From the IMG/VR virus record IMGVR_UViG_2563366827_000004, positions 1-37,588 of that record: 37,588 nucleotides of DNA; one strand, given 5' to 3'. Shown here in pieces: positions 29,470 to 37,396 of this stretch. Position 1 is the stretch's first letter. Each line of letters starts with the position of its first letter. This DNA is from a virus (Duplodnaviria > Heunggongvirae > Uroviricota > Caudoviricetes). Position numbers and translations under genes: made by a program. Below the pieces are notes generated by a model, which had not been told where the DNA came from, ran no database searches, and saw only the letters and a list, made by a program, of their open reading frames with translations.

Positions 29470-29769
29470 ATGACAGTAGTCATTACATATCTGGCTGACG
29501 ATAACGCCAGAAATCGCCGCAGAGCACGCAGACAGGCTCAACGTGAACAGGCGATGCAAGAACAGCGACTGGCGCGAAAAATTGCGCTAAAGCTCTCTGG
29601 TTGCGTCAGAGCGGATAAAGCAGCATCACTCGGAATCCTTCGCTGCAAGAAGGCAGATGAAGTCGAGAGTAAACAGAATCGTATTTACTACCGCAAGCCA
29701 CGCAGTGAAATGGGTGTGACTTGTGTTGGTCGCCAGAAAATGAAATTAGGCAGCAAACCACTTATTTGA
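29470..29769 (+). CDS. N: N-like antitermination protein
   Basis: 99 aa, first gene after pL/nutL, GGAGG RBS, N-terminal arginine-rich motif DNARNRRRARRQAQREQ. Confidence 0.7.
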   Translation: MTVVITYLADDNARNRRRARRQAQREQAMQEQRLARKIALKLSGCVRADKAASLGILRCKKADEVESKQNRIYYRKPRSEMGVTCVGRQKMKLGSKPLI

Positions 29770-29780
29770 GAGGAATTAAT

Positions 29781-30404
29781 ATGTCATCAATCCGCTTAAC
29801 TACGAGAATGAAAGAGGAAATCGCTCGTAACGCTTTAATTAAGTCTGGGGTTTTCACTGAACTTGAAGAAGTAACAAAGTTAAAGAACCAGCTTGCACTT
29901 GACGCCAGAGTTATTGCGTTTGGCGGTAAAAAGAAAACTGAGGAAGTGGATCGGTTATCATCCAAGTTAGCAGCTATAAGTGAAGAACTTGAGAAGATGG
30001 GATGTTCATTTTACTCATGCGATGTTCGTTCTGCTTCGATTTATCTGACTGTATCTGGAAGAAGGGTTGGCTGGCATTCATACGGAAAAGACGGCAACGG
30101 TGAAGATATATTGCTCCCCACCCCAGAAAAAGATAAATGCATGTTTGACGCAGAACACGAAATAACAAAAAGGTTTGATGAAATCTGCGCATTGCAACAA
30201 AAACTTGAAGCCAAGAAAAAGGATATCGAATCAAATGTATGGGCTGCTTTGAACTCAGTCACAACAGTTAAGCGACTTATTGAAGTTTGGCCTGAAAGCA
30301 AAGAATTGCTACCAAAAGAAGCAGATAAAGCAAGTACAGCACTTCCTGCTTTACGGGTAGAAGATTTGAATAAGATGATTGGACTTCCTTCCGAGGCCGC
30401 ATAG
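29781..30404 (+). CDS. Hypothetical 207-aa protein co-transcribed with N
   Basis: ATG at 29781 with GAGAGGAA RBS, 12 bp after the N stop; soluble, no recognised motif. Confidence 0.7.
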   Translation: MSSIRLTTRMKEEIARNALIKSGVFTELEEVTKLKNQLALDARVIAFGGKKKTEEVDRLSSKLAAISEELEKMGCSFYSCDVRSASIYLTVSGRRVGWHSYGKDGNGEDILLPTPEKDKCMFDAEHEITKRFDEICALQQKLEAKKKDIESNVWAALNSVTTVKRLIEVWPESKELLPKEADKASTALPALRVEDLNKMIGLPSEAA

Positions 30405-30419
30405 TCGGCCTTTATTTTT
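30394..30419 (+). terminator. Intrinsic terminator overlapping the stop of the 207-aa gene
   Basis: AGGCCG-CATAGT-CGGCCT followed by TTATTTTT. Confidence 0.6.
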
Positions 30420-30448
30420 GGCATAAACAACAGAATAAACACTGCACT

Positions 30449-30476
30449 GTGTATTCATTCCAACGAGTGAATACAC
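30449..30476. promoter_or_regulatory. 12-bp inverted repeat (gtgtattcattc-caac-gagtgaatacac, 11/12 match)
   Basis: Seen directly between two terminators; no T-run follows. Confidence 0.3.
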
Positions 30477-30538
30477 GGAGCAATGTCGCTCGTAACTAAA
30501 CAGGAGCCGACTTGTTCTGATTATTGGAAATCTTCTTT

Positions 30539-30564
30539 GCCCTCCTATGTGAGGGCAATTTTTT
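30539..30564 (+). terminator. Second intrinsic terminator, immediately before the coiled-coil gene
   Basis: GCCCTC-CTATGT-GAGGGC followed by AATTTTTT, 12 bp before the GGAGG RBS. Confidence 0.55.
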
Positions 30565-30576
30565 GACGGAGGATAT

Positions 30577-31545
30577 ATGAGTGAAGTAACAGATTTAGTT
30601 GTTATTGAAAAAGCAAATGCAATGACTGTATTTCAGTCTGCCGACCAGATTGAAGAAATCCTTCAAAAGGTTGAACGTGAAGTTATGTCCTTTGTGCCTG
30701 ATATCACAACGGCAAAGGGCAGAAAGGAGATCGCTTCTCTGGCGTATAAAGTTGCGCAAACGAAAACATATCTCGATGGTCTTGGAAAAGACCTTGTTGC
30801 TGAACTGAAGGAAATTCCAAAGCTAATTGATGCCAACCGCAAGACAGTGCGTGATCGCCTTGATGAGCTGAAAGCCAAGGCACGCCAGCCTCTTACTGAT
30901 TATGAGGAGGAGCAGGCGCGGATTAAAGCCGAAGAAGAGGCTAAGGCAGCAGCTGAAGCTCTCGCAAAGCAAATTGAGTCTGACCATGAAATAGCGATTT
31001 TGATGGATCGCGAATTTGACCGCCAAAGAGAAGAGGCAAGACTCAAAGCGGAGCAGGAAAAGCGAGAGCATGAAGAACGCTTAAAAAGAGAAGCTGAAGA
31101 GAAAGCCAGAGCAGAAGCCGAAGCAAAGGCAAAAGCCGAAATTGAAGCAGCAGCAAGGCGAGAAGCAGAGGCTAAGGCCGCAGCGGAACGTGCAGAGCGT
31201 GAACGCATTGAAGCCGAGCAACGAGCACAGCGCGAAGCAAAAGAGGCAGCAGAACGGGCTGAAAGAGAAAAGCAGGCGGCAATTGAAGCAGAACGCCGAA
31301 AAGCACAGGAGGAGGCAGAACGAATCCGGCGCGAGGCTGAAGCAAAAGAGCAAGCCAGAATAGCAGAAGAAAAAAGAATCAAGGACGAAGAAGAGCGTAG
31401 AGCAAAGGATAAAGCTCACCGGAAAGAAGTAAATAACAAAATACTTGCTGACCTTATCAAGGTTGGCGCATCAGAAGATGTTGCTAAAAATATCATAACA
31501 GCCATCGTAAAAGGCGAAGTATTCGCAACAAAAATAACCTACTAA
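30577..31545 (+). CDS. Hypothetical protein with a long E/R/K/A-rich helical repeat region
   Basis: 322 aa; about 150 central residues are almost only E, A, R, K, Q; globular-looking N- and C-termini; GGAGG RBS. Confidence 0.7.
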   Translation: MSEVTDLVVIEKANAMTVFQSADQIEEILQKVEREVMSFVPDITTAKGRKEIASLAYKVAQTKTYLDGLGKDLVAELKEIPKLIDANRKTVRDRLDELKAKARQPLTDYEEEQARIKAEEEAKAAAEALAKQIESDHEIAILMDREFDRQREEARLKAEQEKREHEERLKREAEEKARAEAEAKAKAEIEAAARREAEAKAAAERAERERIEAEQRAQREAKEAAERAEREKQAAIEAERRKAQEEAERIRREAEAKEQARIAEEKRIKDEEERRAKDKAHRKEVNNKILADLIKVGASEDVAKNIITAIVKGEVFATKITY

Positions 31546-31569
31546 TAAAACCAACATAAGGAACCACCC

Positions 31570-31701
31570 ATGATTTACGCAATCGCGGGAGGCGCTCGCA
31601 TGGGTGCCTTCCAACTAAATGAATCTTTACTTGAACGAATCACCCGTAAATTACGTGACGGATGGAAAAGAGTTGAGATCTTATTATGCGCAATGAAATA
31701 G
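31570..31701 (+). CDS. Possible small protein (43 aa)
   Basis: ATG 31570 after AAGGAA; below the track cutoff. Confidence 0.3.
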   Translation: MIYAIAGGARMGAFQLNESLLERITRKLRDGWKRVEILLCAMK

Positions 31702-31838
31702 CCATCAATCACCAGATGCTTCGTGCTGCACAGAACAAAGCAGTAATAGCCAGATTTATTGGTGATTCAAAAATGTGGCTTGAAGCAAATAAAGCGATGA
31801 AATCAGCTATCAACCTTCCGTGGTATCGCAGGAAATGA
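31686..31838 (+). CDS. Possible small protein (50 aa)
   Basis: Overlaps the previous ORF; stop overlaps the next start (ATGA). Confidence 0.3.
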   Translation: MRNEIAINHQMLRAAQNKAVIARFIGDSKMWLEANKAMKSAINLPWYRRK

Positions 31839-31993
31839 GTTTTACAGATAACTGGTCAGACGAAGAATTCATTCGTCAGATGAAAGATTTAATCGGTAAC
31901 GAAGGAGATATTCATGTCACTTGCAACCACAGTGAAGGAGAGCAAGTTACAGAGACGCATGTACACGCAGAAAGCTCTCTGGTATCGCCATAA
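31835..31993 (+). CDS. Possible small protein (52 aa)
   Basis: ATGA-coupled to the previous ORF; below the track cutoff. Confidence 0.3.
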   Translation: MSFTDNWSDEEFIRQMKDLIGNEGDIHVTCNHSEGEQVTETHVHAESSLVSP

Positions 31994-32092
31994 TGGTGAC
32001 CGCGAAGGAATGCGGGTATGCCTTAATTTGTCCCGAGTCGAAGTATTAAATCAGCGTTATTTCCTTGGGCCTTGTCCATTCTGAGGTGAATT

Positions 32093-32800
32093 ATGGATTT
32101 GAACAAATTCGATGAGCCATTCAGCCCTGAAGATATCGAATGGCGAATACAGCAAAGCGGTAAAACACGCGATGGCAAGGTGTGGGCTATGGTGCTGGCT
32201 TATATCACGAACCGGGCAATCATGAAACGCCTGGACGATGTTTGCGGCAAAGCAGGATGGCGCAATGAATACCGCGATATTCCCAACAACGGCGGCGTTG
32301 AATGCGGCATATCAATAAAGATTGATTCCGAATGGGTAACCAAATGGGATGCTGCTGAAAACACGCAGGTAGAAGCCGTCAAAGGTGGTCGTTCAGGTGC
32401 AATGAAGCGTGCTGCCGTTCAGTGGGGAATCGGTCGGTATCTGTATAACCTTGAGGAAGGTTTCGCACAAACATCTCTCGATAAAAAGCAGGGGTGGCAC
32501 AGGGCAAAACTGAAGGATGGAACAGGATTTTACTGGCTCCCTCCATCGCTGCCGGGATGGGCAATCCCAGCATCAGATAACAAACCATCACCAGAAAATA
32601 CCAACCAGAAATCTCCATCGGTTGACTGCGAACAAATCCTGAAAGACTTCAGCGATTATGCGTCAACAGAAACTGACAAGAAAAAACTCATCGAGCGTTA
32701 TCAGCGTGACTGGCAATTAATGGCTGGCAACGAGGAGGCGCAGGCTAAATGCGTTCAGGTAATGAACATCAGAGTTAACGAACTAAAACAGGCGGCATAA
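32093..32800 (+). CDS. Single-strand annealing recombinase (Rad52/Erf-type SSAP)
   Basis: 235 aa; motif AMKRAAVQWGIGRYLYNLE is typical of Rad52-like phage annealases; the C-terminal ~50 aa resemble what I recall of the P22 Erf C-terminus (unverified). Confidence 0.7.
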   Translation: MDLNKFDEPFSPEDIEWRIQQSGKTRDGKVWAMVLAYITNRAIMKRLDDVCGKAGWRNEYRDIPNNGGVECGISIKIDSEWVTKWDAAENTQVEAVKGGRSGAMKRAAVQWGIGRYLYNLEEGFAQTSLDKKQGWHRAKLKDGTGFYWLPPSLPGWAIPASDNKPSPENTNQKSPSVDCEQILKDFSDYASTETDKKKLIERYQRDWQLMAGNEEAQAKCVQVMNIRVNELKQAA

Positions 32801-33274
32801 ATGGCAAGCAGAGGCGTAAATAAGGTGATCATTATTGGTCGCCTTGGGCATGATCCAGAAATCAGATATTCACCATCAGGAACGGCATTTGCAAACCTTA
32901 CAGTTGCTACGTCAGAACAATGGCGTGATAAGCAAACTGGAGAGCAAAAGGAGCAGACGGAGTGGCACCGTGTGGTAATGAGCGGGAAACTAGCAGAAAT
33001 TGCCAGCGAGTATCTGCGAAAAGGCTCTGAGGTTTATCTTGAAGGCAAATTGCGGACAAGAAAATGGCAGGATCAAAGCGGACAGGATCGGTTCACTACC
33101 GAAGTTATCGTAGGCGTTGGTGGAACCATGCAAATGCTTGGTGGCAAGCAAGGAGGCAATGAACAGTCTTCACCTCAGCGAAATAACGGTCAGCAACAAA
33201 GACAGCAACCTCTGCAGCAGGGAAATCACAGCGAACCACCTATGAACTTCGACGATTCGGATATTCCGTTCTAG
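32801..33274 (+). CDS. ssb: Single-stranded DNA-binding protein
   Basis: 157 aa; OB-fold-like N-terminus, Gln/Gly-rich linker and acidic tail ending DDSDIPF. Confidence 0.9.
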   Translation: MASRGVNKVIIIGRLGHDPEIRYSPSGTAFANLTVATSEQWRDKQTGEQKEQTEWHRVVMSGKLAEIASEYLRKGSEVYLEGKLRTRKWQDQSGQDRFTTEVIVGVGGTMQMLGGKQGGNEQSSPQRNNGQQQRQQPLQQGNHSEPPMNFDDSDIPF

Positions 33275-33283
33275 GAGCTGAAT

Positions 33284-33763
33284 ATGAAAATCTGCTCAAG
33301 ATGCCATCAACAGAAGGAAGAAAAGGACTTTCAAATCAGAAGAGCATCCAGAGATGGATTAACTGCCGCTTGCCGGGCTTGCCTGGCTGAATACGACAAA
33401 GAGCGCGCGGGATTGCCACATCGAGTATCAGCAAGGAGAGAATATCAATCATCGGAACGCGGCAGAGAACGGTGTAACGCAGCCAAAAAGCGGTTCATTC
33501 AGAGCAACCCATGGAAAAGAAAAGCCCACATCATCGTGGGTAATTTTTTGCGCGACGGTAAGCTAATCCGACCACCACAATGTGAGTGCTGCGGATCAGA
33601 ATGTAAACCACAGGCGCACCACTGCGACTACAGCAAACCAACCGATGTGATGTGGCTCTGCAAGTCATGTCATGTCGAGTGGCACAAACATAACAAACCT
33701 ATCTACCCAGACGAGGAACCAGTAACTCTCCCCTTCCCTCGTCACGCTATTCACGCAATTTAA
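33284..33763 (+). CDS. HNH endonuclease-like zinc-binding protein
   Basis: 159 aa; N-terminal Cys pairs and C-terminal CECCGSE...AHHCDY...LCKSCHVEWH, an HNH-type motif. Confidence 0.6.
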   Translation: MKICSRCHQQKEEKDFQIRRASRDGLTAACRACLAEYDKERAGLPHRVSARREYQSSERGRERCNAAKKRFIQSNPWKRKAHIIVGNFLRDGKLIRPPQCECCGSECKPQAHHCDYSKPTDVMWLCKSCHVEWHKHNKPIYPDEEPVTLPFPRHAIHAI

Positions 33764-33776
33764 TCAGGAGAAAATC

Positions 33777-34070
33777 ATGCCAGCGCCTCTGTATGGTGCG
33801 GATGACGCGCGCCGCTGTTCCGGCAATTCCGTATCGGAGGTGCTGGATAAATTCAGAAAAAACTACGATCGAATAATGTCGCTACCGCAGGAAACGAAAG
33901 AGGAAAAGGAATTTCGCCATTGTATATGGCTTGCAGAGAAAGAAGAACGCGAGCGAATTTACCAGACATCAATCCGACCATTCCGCAAAGCCACATATAC
34001 CCACTTCCCTGAAATTGACCCGCGCCTGCGTAATTACCGCTCACGCTATGGCGCTATCAGTAATGACTGA
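33777..34070 (+). CDS. Hypothetical protein
   Basis: 97 aa; AGGAG RBS 6 nt upstream. Confidence 0.5.
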   Translation: MPAPLYGADDARRCSGNSVSEVLDKFRKNYDRIMSLPQETKEEKEFRHCIWLAEKEERERIYQTSIRPFRKATYTHFPEIDPRLRNYRSRYGAISND

Positions 34071-34080
34071 GGAATTTACC

Positions 34081-34245
34081 ATGAGAGGACTTGCATACAA
34101 TCCCGGCATTCTTCCGGCAGAAATGATTATTCGCCAACGCGTAAAGCCAATGCCATCGAGAGAGGAATTGCTCAAGAGAAATTCTTTTCCATCAGTAAAT
34201 CAAAACAAATATCTGAATGCGATGTGGCGGAGTGGGAAGAAATGA
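34081..34245 (+). CDS. Hypothetical small protein (54 aa)
   Basis: ATG 34081 after GAGGAA; start choice uncertain (alternative ATG 34060). Confidence 0.35.
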   Translation: MRGLAYNPGILPAEMIIRQRVKPMPSREELLKRNSFPSVNQNKYLNAMWRSGKK

Positions 34246-34778
34246 AACAAATGTCACTAATTGAGATGGATGGATTTCTGAAAGGTAAATGCATCCCACG
34301 AGATTTAAAGGTTAACGAAACAAACGCTGAATATCTGGTGCGTAAATTTGCTGAAGCGGAGGCCAAGATTTCGGCTCTGTCCGAAGACCACCAGAAAGCG
34401 ATTGAGTCAATTAAGCAGGCTGATGCGGCTGTTAAGTTGGCACACGAGAAGTTTTCGGCGCTGGCGGCGGAGAATGCGGGGCTGAAGTCTGGCGCTATGG
34501 ACGAAATCAAGGTTATCAACCGTGGAGGGCAGGCATATTGCGTAAAAGATGGAGTGCAAGTTAATCCCATGTATGCAAGAGGGTGGAATGACTATCGCGC
34601 AAAGTCTATGCAATCAGACACCCCAGCCACCGATGCTTTCCTGACTGAAATTGAACGCAAAGCAATCCGAAAGTTCATTAACAGCATTGAACACATCCTG
34701 CGTGACAAGTTGTCACCGTATGACACCGAAGAGATGCTTGAGACTATGCGTATTTTTCTGGAAGAACAGGGAGGCTAG
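34242..34778 (+). CDS. Hypothetical protein (178 aa)
   Basis: ATGA overlap with the upstream stop; GGAG RBS. Confidence 0.55.
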   Translation: MKQMSLIEMDGFLKGKCIPRDLKVNETNAEYLVRKFAEAEAKISALSEDHQKAIESIKQADAAVKLAHEKFSALAAENAGLKSGAMDEIKVINRGGQAYCVKDGVQVNPMYARGWNDYRAKSMQSDTPATDAFLTEIERKAIRKFINSIEHILRDKLSPYDTEEMLETMRIFLEEQGG

Positions 34779-34783
34779 CAAAA

Positions 34784-35098
34784 ATGACAATCACAAAACA
34801 ACGAGTAGAAAAAATCATATATCGCCATGAAATGGGACTGAACAGCGATGTCACTGCCGAAGAGGTTTATGACCTGGCTGTACTGGCGCTGAATTTATCA
34901 AATATCGCAAACCTGAAGCGATACGAGCTTGATATGGGAGGTTGCGACTCGTGCGGTCAGGATTGTGGCGCTGACATGACTGAAGATTCTGATGGCGATT
35001 ATGTCCTGTTTGATGACGTGGTTAAGTTGTTTGAGTTTGATACAACCACTCAGAAGTTAGAAGGCCCAGCAAAGGAGACAACCAGTGAGCGAAATTGA
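34784..35098 (+). CDS. Hypothetical acidic protein (104 aa)
   Basis: ORF with RBS; cysteine cluster CDSCGQDCG. Confidence 0.5.
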   Translation: MTITKQRVEKIIYRHEMGLNSDVTAEEVYDLAVLALNLSNIANLKRYELDMGGCDSCGQDCGADMTEDSDGDYVLFDDVVKLFEFDTTTQKLEGPAKETTSERN

Positions 35099-35981
35099 CT
35101 ATCAGGCACTGCGTGAAAAGGCAGAGAAAGCAACGTGTGGGGTGTGGTCGCTCGAATATGGAGAGAGCCGATTTGATTGTGATGATGCGCTAATTCATCG
35201 TGACGTTGTTGGATATATTCCCATTTGCAGAATTGAAGGAGCGCATCCTGAAAGCGGTTTCGATGAAGATTTCCAAATGGAACAGCAGGCCAATGCTGAA
35301 TTCATCGCCGCAGCCAATCCGGCTACTGTGCTGGCACTACTGGATGAACGGGAAAGAAACCAGCAATACATAAAACGCCGCGACCAGGAGAACGAGGAGA
35401 TTGCGCTAACGGTAGGGAAGCTGCGCGTTGAGCTGGAAGGCAAAGACAAGCTGATTGCAGAGCTTAGAAAACAATGCGCTGAATGGGAGCGAAAAGCATT
35501 AAGCAACTTTGAAGAGTGTGCTGCGATGGCTGAACGTATCGAAGAGTTGCAGACAAAATCTGCACCAGATTCGTTTGGCATCATCGGTGAAAATATTCGA
35601 ACACAGGATAATCGAATAACGTCAGACCCTATGTTTTGTGTGTATCAAAAGCGCGAAATCGTTGTTGATGCTGATTATGACTATGACCGGATTGTCTGGG
35701 TTGATGAAGATGGCAATGAAGCCAATAAACGCCAAAGTCGTCGTCTCGAACTACTTCACGAAAACTTTCGAGAGCCACCAGAAAAGTGGCGGCGCGTTGC
35801 TGTGAAAGATATTGATGAATTCGTTACCTGCTGTTTCACCGAACAGGGTTGTAAAGATTACCTGGCAGTCAATGGTCACAATCTTCGCTTGCCATTTATA
35901 TATGTAAAAAGTGGTTTCAGGAACGCTGAATATATCGGCATAAGAAACTGGCTTGCTGGCATTCGCATCAAAGGAGAGTGA
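35085..35981 (+). CDS. Ead/Ea22-like protein
   Basis: 298 aa; GTG start after AAAGGAGA; block ANAEFIAAANPATVLALLDERE is characteristic of Ead/Ea22-like prophage proteins. Confidence 0.65.
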   Translation: MSEIDYQALREKAEKATCGVWSLEYGESRFDCDDALIHRDVVGYIPICRIEGAHPESGFDEDFQMEQQANAEFIAAANPATVLALLDERERNQQYIKRRDQENEEIALTVGKLRVELEGKDKLIAELRKQCAEWERKALSNFEECAAMAERIEELQTKSAPDSFGIIGENIRTQDNRITSDPMFCVYQKREIVVDADYDYDRIVWVDEDGNEANKRQSRRLELLHENFREPPEKWRRVAVKDIDEFVTCCFTEQGCKDYLAVNGHNLRLPFIYVKSGFRNAEYIGIRNWLAGIRIKGE

Positions 35982-35982
35982 G

Positions 35983-36174
35983 ATGAACGGACAAATATCA
36001 ATTGTTCGACCGGGAGCATGTGACGATTGCGAGATACGAATGATTATTCGTCTGGCGATGGGGAAAACAATAACTGCTCTCATTACTCCTGAAAATCTCG
36101 CATTAGCATTAACAGGAAAGTCAGACCTGCCAGTAGAGCTAAAGCTGCGAAACGTTGAGATTAAAGTGAAATAG
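35983..36174 (+). CDS. Hypothetical small protein (63 aa)
   Basis: ATG 35983 after AAGGAGAG, 1 bp after the upstream stop. Confidence 0.45.
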   Translation: MNGQISIVRPGACDDCEIRMIIRLAMGKTITALITPENLALALTGKSDLPVELKLRNVEIKVK

Positions 36175-36176
36175 TT

Positions 36177-36701
36177 ATGAATACTCTTACCAAAGAATGG
36201 TTACAGAACACGATTACCAGCATTGAGTCAGCACGGGATGAAATACCGTTCGGACTCAATGAAGATCAAAACAACATGCTTACCGCATTAAAAATTGCAC
36301 TGACATCGCTGGAAGCAGAGCCGGTGGCATGGAAGGCAACCTTCACGCAAATTGACAATGAATATAATACATTCACCACTATGTATTCTGACAAAGCAGA
36401 AGTCGAACGCTGGGTGCGACTGCATGAAATAGGTGACTTTCGGGCAGAAATAACACCGCTTTACGCAGCGCCGTCAGCGCCGGTAATTCCGGATGGTTGG
36501 ATAAGCTGTAGTGAGCGGATGCCAGATGATGGTCAGCACGTAATTATTTTATGTGATGGCGCATTCGTTCTTTATGCGCAATATCGAGACGGAGAGTTTT
36601 TCGATATTGTCCGCAATGGTGATGAATTTTTCGAAACACAGAGTCGCAATGTAACCGACTGGATGCCGCTGCCAGAACCGCCGGAGCAGGATGGTGAATG
36701 A
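36177..36701 (+). CDS. DUF551-like phage protein
   Basis: 174 aa; C-terminal part (DGWISCSERMPDDGQHVIILCDG...DWMPLPEPP) resembles the DUF551 family seen in lambdoid early-left regions. Confidence 0.55.
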   Translation: MNTLTKEWLQNTITSIESARDEIPFGLNEDQNNMLTALKIALTSLEAEPVAWKATFTQIDNEYNTFTTMYSDKAEVERWVRLHEIGDFRAEITPLYAAPSAPVIPDGWISCSERMPDDGQHVIILCDGAFVLYAQYRDGEFFDIVRNGDEFFETQSRNVTDWMPLPEPPEQDGE

Positions 36702-36787
36702 TGCCGCCAGTTAAAGTTGTGATTATCACTTTGGTGATGATAGTGATTGCGAGAATCATGTCTGGTGAAATTGGGTGGATATGGTAA
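36698..36787 (+). CDS. Possible 29-aa hydrophobic peptide
   Basis: MMPPVKVVIITLVMIVIARIMSGEIGWIW; ATG overlaps the upstream stop; single predicted TM helix. Confidence 0.3.
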   Translation: MMPPVKVVIITLVMIVIARIMSGEIGWIW

Positions 36788-36888
36788 TGACCATGGCAGC
36801 AGCAGATCGCAACTAACAATCCTCGCACTCGCGGGGATTTCTTTTATCTGAACTCGCTACGGCGGGTTTTGTTTTATGGAGATGATAA

Positions 36889-37056
36889 ATGCACTTTCGA
36901 GTCACAGGTGAATGGAATGGAGAGCCATTCAACAGGGTTATCGAAGCAGAGGACATCAACGACTGCTATAACCACTGGATGATATGGGCGCAGATAGCGC
37001 ATGCAGACGTAACCAATATTCGAATTGAAGAACTGAAAGAACACCAAGACGCCTGA
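36889..37056 (+). CDS. Hypothetical small protein (55 aa)
   Basis: ATG 36889, 7 nt after GGAG; followed by a hairpin and T-run. Confidence 0.4.
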   Translation: MHFRVTGEWNGEPFNRVIEAEDINDCYNHWMIWAQIAHADVTNIRIEELKEHQDA

Positions 37057-37069
37057 TGGCGGTTTTTTT
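37050..37069 (+). terminator. Weak hairpin plus T7 run (CGCC-TGAT-GGCG then TTTTTTT)
   Basis: Seen directly; stop codon of the 55-aa ORF lies in the loop. Confidence 0.35.
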
Positions 37070-37080
37070 GGGGGTAGTAG

Positions 37081-37296
37081 ATGGCTGCAATTCACATTGT
37101 CTCAATAATATGCAATGCAATTCAGATAGTTGCTTGCATTATCTTTGTTTTCTCAATCCTTCGCTCCCGACGATATTCTCCAGCAATTAACCGACATCCT
37201 GCACAGGTTGAAGCCGTCAGGATGGCTATAGAGTTACGAAATGAGATGAATAAGGCATTAATGGAGATGGAGAAACCATTCACTGACAAACATTAA
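37081..37296 (+). CDS. Small membrane protein (71 aa)
   Basis: MAAIHIVSIICNAIQIVACIIFVFSIL: N-terminal TM helix followed by a charged helical tail. Confidence 0.5.
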   Translation: MAAIHIVSIICNAIQIVACIIFVFSILRSRRYSPAINRHPAQVEAVRMAIELRNEMNKALMEMEKPFTDKH

Positions 37297-37358
37297 GAGT
37301 GTAAATAAAGAAATCACACCGCCTCACACTCGATGAGGCATGTACATATCTGATAGAT

Positions 37359-37381
37359 CCGCTATATGGCGGTTTCTTTTT
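37359..37381 (+). terminator. Weak hairpin plus T-run (CCGC-TATATG-GCGG then TTTCTTTTT) upstream of xis
   Basis: Seen directly; same GGCGGTTT motif as the element at 37050. Confidence 0.3.
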
Positions 37382-37396
37382 GCCTGGAGAATTAAG

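Noticed and set aside
30900-31419. Long minus-strand ORFs (160 aa poly-Ala/Ser/Arg and 112 aa Cys/Phe/Leu-rich)
   Set aside because: Antisense shadows of the GAR-rich repeat inside the plus-strand coiled-coil gene; no start context.
36874-37095. 73-aa minus-strand ORF
   Set aside because: Antisense to two plus-strand small genes with good RBSs in a region otherwise transcribed rightward from pL.
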